Source: an uncultured Coriobacteriia bacterium
GTDB lineage: Bacteria > Actinomycetota > Coriobacteriia > Coriobacteriales > QAMH01
Reading direction: 5' to 3'
Assembly: GCA_949879855.1 (NCBI GenBank)
Contig: CATLBX010000002.1
Coordinates: forward strand, 1,448-65,447
DNA length: 64,000 nt
The notes beneath the pieces are model-generated. The model searched no databases, was not told the origin of the DNA, and was given only the letters and a program-made list of their open reading frames with translations. The position numbers and the translations under genes were made by a program. The stretch's first letter is position 1. Each line of letters starts with the position of its first letter. Positions 58,411 through 64,000 of the stretch are shown piece by piece.

Positions 58411-60948
58411 CTACTTCTTGGCCGCGGTCTTCTTCTTTGCCGTGGACTTCTTCTTGGCCCCGCCGCTCGGCTTCTTGGCCTTCTCGGCCTTTTCCTTCTC
58501 GCGCTTGGGGCAGTTCATGTTCACGCAGATGCGCCACGGTCCGCGCGTCGTCGAGACGATGACCTCGGGAGCTCCGCATTCGTCGCAGACCTCGCCGGTG
58601 GCGGTAATGTCACCGCGCTGCGGGAGCGGATAGCTCACGTCGCACTGCTCGAAATTCTCGCAGCGAATGAAGCGCTTGAGCGTGCGCGGGTTCTTCTGGG
58701 CGATGAGCTTGCCCTCGCGGCCAGCCTCCTTGCAGACCGCGCACTCCCCGACGACGATCTCCTCCATCTTGTTGGTGGGGCACTCGGGGTCGAGACAGTG
58801 GTTGTAGGCCTTCTGCCTGAAGGGCGTGACCTTGATCTGCGGGCCACCGCAGGTGGGGCATGGCTCCTCGAGGGCTTCGTAGCGGCCCTGGGGCAGCGGG
58901 TAGGTGACGTCGCAATCGGGCCAGTTGTTGCAGCCCACGAAGCTCGAACGCGTCTTGGCCGAGGTCTTCACGCACAGGTCACCGCCGCACTTGGGGCAGG
59001 CGCCCACGCGGCTGTCGGCCGTGACGGCGTCGCTGATCATGTCCGCGATGGCGTCCTTCTCGGGAATGAGGGCCTCGATGATGCCGCCCAGCAGCTCGCG
59101 CGAGTGCAGCACGACCTCGTCGCGCTGGCGCTTGCCATCGGCGACCTGCGTCATCTCGCCTTCGAGCTCGGCGGTCATGTTGGGCGTGGTGATGGGCTCG
59201 GCGAACTTCTCGAGCGCGTCGATGATGGCGATGCCGAGCTGGGTGGGCTCGATGGGATCGTTCACGATGTAATGGCGGCTATAGAGGCGCTCGATCATGT
59301 CGTGGCGCGTGGCCTTGGTGCCCAGGCCCTTGGCCTCCATCTCCTGCACGAGCTTGCCTGACGAGAAGCGCGCGGGCGGCTCGGTCTGCTTGTGGGCGCA
59401 CTCGGCGTCCCAGAAGTCGAGCGTCTGGCCCTCGGAAAGCGGCGGCATCTGCTCGTCCTTCTTGAGGCCGTAGGGATACACGCTGCGATAGCCGGGCTCC
59501 ACGAGCACGTCGCCGCGCGCGTTGAAGGGCTCGCCGGCGACATCGAGAGTGACCTTCGTCGACTCGAGGACGGCGGGCTCGGACAGCGTCGCCATGAAGC
59601 GACGGCAGATGAGGCTGTAGAGCTTCCACTCCTCGGGACGCAGCTTGTCCGGGTCGGCCGCCCCCGTGGGGTAAATGGGGGGATGGTCGGTCGTCTCCTG
59701 CTTGCCGCGCGTGGCGGTGAGCTTGTCCTTGGCCAGCAACGACTCGGCTCCCTCGCGGAAGTCGGGAACCTTGGCGAGGATGTCCAGGACCTCGCGCAGG
59801 TCGAGGTTGTCGGGGTACACCGTGTTGTCGACGCGGGGGTACGAGGTGTAGCCGTTCATGTAAAGCGACTCGGCGATGCGCATGGTGCGCGCGGGCTTGA
59901 TGCCGATGGAGCTTGCCGCTGCCATGAGCGAGGTGGTGTTGAACGGCGCGGGCGGATTGGACTTGCGGCGCTTCTTCTCGATGGCGCCGACCGTCGCCTC
60001 GCTCGTGCCGGATATGCGCGCCATGACGGCGTCGGCCTCGTCCTTGTCCTTGAAGCGCGCCGTGGCGTGCGTGGCGACGAAGGCGTCGTCACGCGCGTCC
60101 TTGGGGGCGGCGTTGCCGGTGATGACCCAGTAGTCCTCGGGCACGAAGGCATCGCGCTCCTTCTCGCGCTCGACCACGAGGGCGAGCGTGGGCGTCTGGA
60201 CGCGGCCGGCGGAACGCGTGTTGCCGATGCCGCTGTACTTCACGCAGGTGAGGTAGCGCGTGAGCACGGCGCCCCAGATGAGGTCGATGTACTGGCGCGT
60301 CTCACCCGCATGGGCGAGGTCATAGTCGAGCGTGGTGAGCTTGGCGGGGGAGAACGCGTCCTCGATCTCCTTCTTCACGAAGGCCGAGTAGCGCGAGCGC
60401 GTGATGGGGGCGGTCTCGTTCACCTCGCGCACCACCGAGATGGCGTCAAGGCCGATGAGCTCGCCTTCGCGATCGAAGTCCGTGGCGATGACGATTTCAT
60501 CGGCCTTCTTGGCGAGGTTCTTGAGCGAGCGGATGATGTCCTTCTCGGCGGGAAGCTTGATGATGGGCGCGTAGGTGAGGTAGGGCAGCGACGGGATCTT
60601 CCAGCCCTTGAGGTTGATGCCTTCGGGCATGTAGGGGCGGCGCTTGGACTTCCACGGCGGCGTGGGGAGGTCCTTGGGGACATCCGGCGCGTCGATGGTC
60701 TCGCCGCTTTCCTCGAGACCCATCCACCCGTTCTTCTTCTTGTAGACGAGCTCCTGCGGGAAGTCGAGACCGAGGATGTGGCCCTTGAGACCGATGGCGA
60801 CGCATTCGTGGCCATCGCGGTTGAAGCGGTATACGGGGGTGTTGTAGACCTTGTCCGTCTGGGGCTTGCCGCCTTGGGCGAGAAGACGGGAGATCTGCTG
60901 GGCTGCAATGTTCTTCTCGGTAATGATCAGTTCCATGTTGTCCATCAC
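58411..60948 (-). CDS. topA: DNA topoisomerase I (type IA) with C-terminal zinc ribbons
   Basis: ITEK, ATDFDREGE, SAGRVQTP, SYPRVD, DHPPIYPT, GLGTKATR; repeated CxxC; Lys-rich tail. Confidence 0.95.
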   Translation of the reverse strand: MMDNMELIITEKNIAAQQISRLLAQGGKPQTDKVYNTPVYRFNRDGHECVAIGLKGHILGLDFPQELVYKKKNGWMGLEESGETIDAPDVPKDLPTPPWKSKRRPYMPEGINLKGWKIPSLPYLTYAPIIKLPAEKDIIRSLKNLAKKADEIVIATDFDREGELIGLDAISVVREVNETAPITRSRYSAFVKKEIEDAFSPAKLTTLDYDLAHAGETRQYIDLIWGAVLTRYLTCVKYSGIGNTRSAGRVQTPTLALVVEREKERDAFVPEDYWVITGNAAPKDARDDAFVATHATARFKDKDEADAVMARISGTSEATVGAIEKKRRKSNPPAPFNTTSLMAAASSIGIKPARTMRIAESLYMNGYTSYPRVDNTVYPDNLDLREVLDILAKVPDFREGAESLLAKDKLTATRGKQETTDHPPIYPTGAADPDKLRPEEWKLYSLICRRFMATLSEPAVLESTKVTLDVAGEPFNARGDVLVEPGYRSVYPYGLKKDEQMPPLSEGQTLDFWDAECAHKQTEPPARFSSGKLVQEMEAKGLGTKATRHDMIERLYSRHYIVNDPIEPTQLGIAIIDALEKFAEPITTPNMTAELEGEMTQVADGKRQRDEVVLHSRELLGGIIEALIPEKDAIADMISDAVTADSRVGACPKCGGDLCVKTSAKTRSSFVGCNNWPDCDVTYPLPQGRYEALEEPCPTCGGPQIKVTPFRQKAYNHCLDPECPTNKMEEIVVGECAVCKEAGREGKLIAQKNPRTLKRFIRCENFEQCDVSYPLPQRGDITATGEVCDECGAPEVIVSTTRGPWRICVNMNCPKREKEKAEKAKKPSGGAKKKSTAKKKTAAKK

Positions 60949-61077
60949 TCACTCGTTTTTGCTGCGTATCTGAAGACAGCTATGGCTTACAATTACCCGC
61001 GGAGACAAGCGGGCGGGGCCGGAAGGCCTCAGTTGCACGATTTTAACCATATATATAAGGTTCTGGCTACCTCCATT

Positions 61078-61839
61078 TTGGAAACGATTAGCCCCACGCG
61101 CTGTATCGCGTGCGACGTTCCCGGCGACGTGCTTTGCCCGAGCTGCGCCTCATCCCTCCCCTTCATCGACCTGTCGCTTGCATGCCCCCGCTGCGGGGCG
61201 CCCTACGGTCGCGTGCTGTGCACCGAATGCCCCATGCCCGGCAGCGAGGAGGCATTGCTGCATCCCGAGGAGGCGGTCCCGTTTGCGCGGGCGCGGGCGG
61301 CGCTGTCGTTCGAAGGCGGTGCGAAGAAGATCATCCGCACGTACAAGGACGGCGACGAACTGCGCCTCGACGCCGTGATCGCGTCGCTGCTATGCGCCGC
61401 CATCCGGGGGAGAAATGAGACAAATACACAGGGTATTTGTCTCATTCCGCAGGTCAGTGAGCCGCTGGGAGACTGGTCACAGTGGGCAGATGCGCTGGCA
61501 TTCGTGCCGGCATCGCCCGAGGCGGTGCGACGGCGTGACTTCGACCACATGGAACGCGTGGCGATGCGCGTGGCCACGCGCACGGGGCTGCCGCTGGCGC
61601 GGTTGCTCACGAGCGAGCGCAAGACTCGCGACCAGCGGGAACTCGGCCGCGGCGAGCGCTTTGCGAATCGAAACGGGTCATTTTCGCTGGCAGCGGATGC
61701 AGCAGGCCCGATACCGCGGCGAATCATCCTCATCGACGACGTTTTCACGACGGGAGCAACGCTCTCGGCAGCATCGCGGGTACTCCTCGACGGCGGAACC
61801 GAGGAGGTGAGGGCAGTGACGTGCTGCAGGGTTTGGTGA
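61078..61839 (+). CDS. comF: ComF family protein (double zinc ribbon + PRTase); start uncertain (TTG 61078 or 61033)
   Basis: PTRCIAC...CPSC...CPRC...CTEC, IILIDDVFTTGATL. Confidence 0.88.
   Translation: METISPTRCIACDVPGDVLCPSCASSLPFIDLSLACPRCGAPYGRVLCTECPMPGSEEALLHPEEAVPFARARAALSFEGGAKKIIRTYKDGDELRLDAVIASLLCAAIRGRNETNTQGICLIPQVSEPLGDWSQWADALAFVPASPEAVRRRDFDHMERVAMRVATRTGLPLARLLTSERKTRDQRELGRGERFANRNGSFSLAADAAGPIPRRIILIDDVFTTGATLSAASRVLLDGGTEEVRAVTCCRVW
61414..61446. repeat. Family A REP in frame inside comF
   Basis: Perfect copy read as [11 protein letters not shown]. Confidence 0.95.
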
Positions 61840-61841
61840 CG

Positions 61842-61874
61842 AAGGAGACAAATACACAGGGTATTTGTCTCATT
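61842..61874. repeat. Family A REP, left flank of the RAYT gene
   Basis: AAGGAGACAAATAC-ACAGG-GTATTTGTCTCATT (one mismatch). Confidence 0.93.
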
Positions 61875-61889
61875 TTGAAAGGAGATTTC

Positions 61890-62648
61890 ATGGATCGGAA
61901 AAGGAAGGCAAGCGAAGGCAACATCTACCATGTGATTTCGCGTGGAACAGGGCGGCAGCTTATTTACGAGACCGATGATGACCGCCGCGTGTTCTTGCAT
62001 CTACTTCGTCAGACAATCGAGGAAGCTGAAATCGAGCTGTACGCATGGTGCCTCATGGGAAATCACTTTCACCTCCTCATTCATGGAGAGATGGAAAGAA
62101 TAGCTACATGCATGCGTCGTCTTTGTAGCTCTTATGCTCGGTGGTTCAATGGTCGGGCTGGCCGTGTGGGCCATTTGTTTCAAGAAAGGTTTAAGAGCGA
62201 GCCCATAGACACTGATGCTTATCTCCTTGCAGTCATTCGCTACATTCACGACAACCCCGCAAAGGCGCGCCTCGACCGGACATCGGAATACCGATGGTCA
62301 AGCTATCGTGAATACGTCGGCAAGCCGACTTTGTGCGCCACGGAGTTCGTCTTGGATATCTTCGGAGGCAAGGAAGCATTTCTGAGATTCCACGAGGAGT
62401 CAGGAAGCTCATGTGCGTGCCTTGATTTCGATGTCCCGAGAAACAAGACACGCCCAATGGATGATGACATGGCCATCGGCATAATGCATCGCGTTCTGGG
62501 GGATGTGGCACCAACGGATTTAAAGACGCTTCCCAAGAAAGCGAGAAACAAACGGCTCAGTGCGTTGAAGCAGAGTGGTCTCTCAGTACGGCAAATCGAA
62601 CGCCTCACGGGCATAGGACGCAATATAATTGCTCGTGTGCAAAAATGA
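61890..62648 (+). mobile_element. REP-associated tyrosine transposase (RAYT, Y1/HUH) with C-terminal HTH
   Basis: YHVISRG, YAWCLMGNHFHLL (HUH), GHLFQERFKS, YIHDNP (catalytic Y), YRWSSY; AAAGGAG RBS; flanked by REPs; lower GC. Confidence 0.93.
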
Positions 62649-62676
62649 GACAAATACCCTGTGTATTTGTCTCATT
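62644..62676. repeat. Family A REP, right flank of RAYT; supplies the stops of RAYT (+) and hypB (-)
   Basis: TGA 62646-62648 on +; TCA 62672-62674. Confidence 0.95.
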
Positions 62677-63322
62677 TCTCGATCTGCTCGGAGAGCCAGT
62701 TGGCCCACGCGTCGCCGCCGTCGCCCTTGGTCGCAGCGATGGGGAAGCTCGGGGCACTCGGGTTGAGGCGTGCGATGTGCTCGTCGAAGAGGTCCTTGTC
62801 GAAGGTGAAGGCCGGCATGACGTCGACCTTGTTGAGGATGATGGCATCGGCCACCTGGAACATGCCCGGGTACTTGAGCGGCTTGTCGTCTCCCTCGGGC
62901 ACCGAGAGAATCATCATCTTGATGTTCTCGCCCAGGTAGAAGTCGGCGGGACACACGAGGTTGCCCACGTTCTCGATGAAAATGAGGTCGATGTTGTCCA
63001 GGTCGAGCACGTCGAGCGCGCGGCGCAGCATGTCACTTTCGAGGTGACAGGCGCCTGCCGTGTTGATCTGGACGGCGGGAATGTCCATGGCCTTGATGGT
63101 CTGCGAATCGACGTCACTCGCGATGTCACCCTCAATGACGGCGATGTTGTACTTGTCACGCAGGGCGTTGATGGTCGCCACGATGGTCGAGGTCTTGCCC
63201 GATCCGGGACTGGCCAGCACATTGACCATGTAAACGCCCTTCTCATCGAGCAGGGCGCGGTTCGCTGCAGCGCCTTCGTCGTTCTTGTTCAGGATCTTCG
63301 TTTCCAGGTCGATATGTGCCAT
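62672..63322 (-). CDS. hypB: Hydrogenase nickel incorporation GTPase
   Basis: SPGSGKT, IEGD, CHLES, ENVGNLVCP, EGDDKPLKYP. Confidence 0.97.
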   Translation of the reverse strand: MAHIDLETKILNKNDEGAAANRALLDEKGVYMVNVLASPGSGKTSTIVATINALRDKYNIAVIEGDIASDVDSQTIKAMDIPAVQINTAGACHLESDMLRRALDVLDLDNIDLIFIENVGNLVCPADFYLGENIKMMILSVPEGDDKPLKYPGMFQVADAIILNKVDVMPAFTFDKDLFDEHIARLNPSAPSFPIAATKGDGGDAWANWLSEQIEK

Positions 63323-63342
63323 CTCGGGCCTCCTTTTGTGAA

Positions 63343-63375
63343 AATGAGACAAATACCCTGTGTATTTGTCTCATT
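63343..63375. repeat. Family A REP; contains the hypA stop
   Basis: Perfect copy; TCA 63371-63373. Confidence 0.95.
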
Positions 63376-63733
63376 CGTCGTCATCGGGCGTTTCGATTTC
63401 CATGGACGCGACCTCGAGCTCGCGTCCCGCTATGAGCATGGTCGCCGCCGAGTCGCAGGCGGGGCAGTGGTTGTGGAACCGGTCGTGCTCGAACTCCTCG
63501 TCGCAGTCGAGGCAACGCGACTTCGGCCTCACGAAGTCCATTTCGAGCACGCAGCCGTCCAGCAGCGGGTCATCCTCGGAAAGCGCCTCGAAGGCAAACT
63601 CCATGGCCTCGGGGACGACCATGGTCATCTCCCCGATGGTGAGCTTGATGCCCGTGATCTTGGTGGCGCCGTTTTCCCGCGCGACGGGCACGACGGACTC
63701 GAATATACCCTGGACCAGTGAGAGCTCGTGCAT
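63371..63733 (-). CDS. hypA: Hydrogenase nickel metallochaperone
   Basis: MHELSL, CLDC...CPAC, GREL. Confidence 0.97.
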   Translation of the reverse strand: MHELSLVQGIFESVVPVARENGATKITGIKLTIGEMTMVVPEAMEFAFEALSEDDPLLDGCVLEMDFVRPKSRCLDCDEEFEHDRFHNHCPACDSAATMLIAGRELEVASMEIETPDDDE

Positions 63734-64000
63734 TACGCGGCCATCTCCGCTTCTTCCTCGGCACGCTGGCGCTTGATCTTGCGCGCAAGCGCGATGCGCG
63801 CGGCCGCAAGCGACAGCTCGTAGAGGGCGAGCAGCGCGGCGAACATGATGCCCATCGTCACCGGTGACGCATCCGGCGTCACGACAGCGGAAACCACGAG
63901 CAGACCGACGTAGATGCCGCGCCAGCTGGCGCGCATCTTCTTGTACGGGACGATGTTGAACAGGATGAGGAAGAACACCACGAGAGGCAGCTCGAAGGCC
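63733..64000 (-). CDS. tatC: Twin-arginine translocase TatC, 3' end (runs off the window)
   Basis: AFELP..., WRGIYV...SAVVTPDASPVTM...LYELS. Confidence 0.85.
   Translation of the reverse strand, partial: AFELPLVVFFLILFNIVPYKKMRASWRGIYVGLLVVSAVVTPDASPVTMGIMFAALLALYELSLAAARIALARKIKRQRAEEEAEMAA

Noticed and set aside
59392-61839. 815-aa + strand ORF as a single protein
   Set aside because: The 5' part is the antisense shadow of topA; only the last ~250 codons are ComF
61890-62648. Classical IS200/IS605 element
   Set aside because: No TnpB; the protein is longer than IS200 TnpA, with RAYT-type motifs and a C-terminal HTH, and has symmetric REP flanks
335-63375. Family A repeat (33 bp, palindromic) as a CRISPR direct repeat
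   Set aside because: Copies are dispersed singletons kilobases apart, with no regular spacers and no cas genes; they flank a RAYT instead
1-64000. tRNA, rRNA, integrase or prophage genes
   Set aside because: None recognised on either strand by inspection

Overview
High-GC bacterial chromosome segment; gene content and style suggest Coriobacteriia/Eggerthellaceae (inference). Most of it is housekeeping: purA (partial), dnaB, leuA, pntAB, a fab/acc cluster, serA, serC, ilvBN, hpf, rlmKL, pncB, ricT-holB-tmk, topA, comF, hypAB and tatC (partial). Accessory content: (i) a cytoplasmic pyrogallol-transhydroxylase-like Mo-enzyme (alpha/beta) cluster with TetR, 2 SDRs, 2 VOC proteins and an MFS transporter; (ii) VapBC and Phd/Doc toxin-antitoxin modules; (iii) a lower-GC defence islet (Fic-MNT fusion + HEPN, DUF4238, SauUSI-like type IV restriction enzyme, NUDIX). 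Main signals: a REP-associated Y1/HUH transposase (RAYT) bracketed by a 33-bp palindrome that occurs 11 times in the window (9 of the 33-bp type, 2 of a 35-bp variant), supplies the TGA stop of six genes and sits in frame inside comF and rlmKL; a raiA-motif ncRNA upstream of an orphan substrate-binding lipoprotein and hpf; and at least three further families of dispersed palindromic repeats. No tRNA, rRNA or CRISPR array was seen. All assignments come from motif recognition by eye; no database searches were run.
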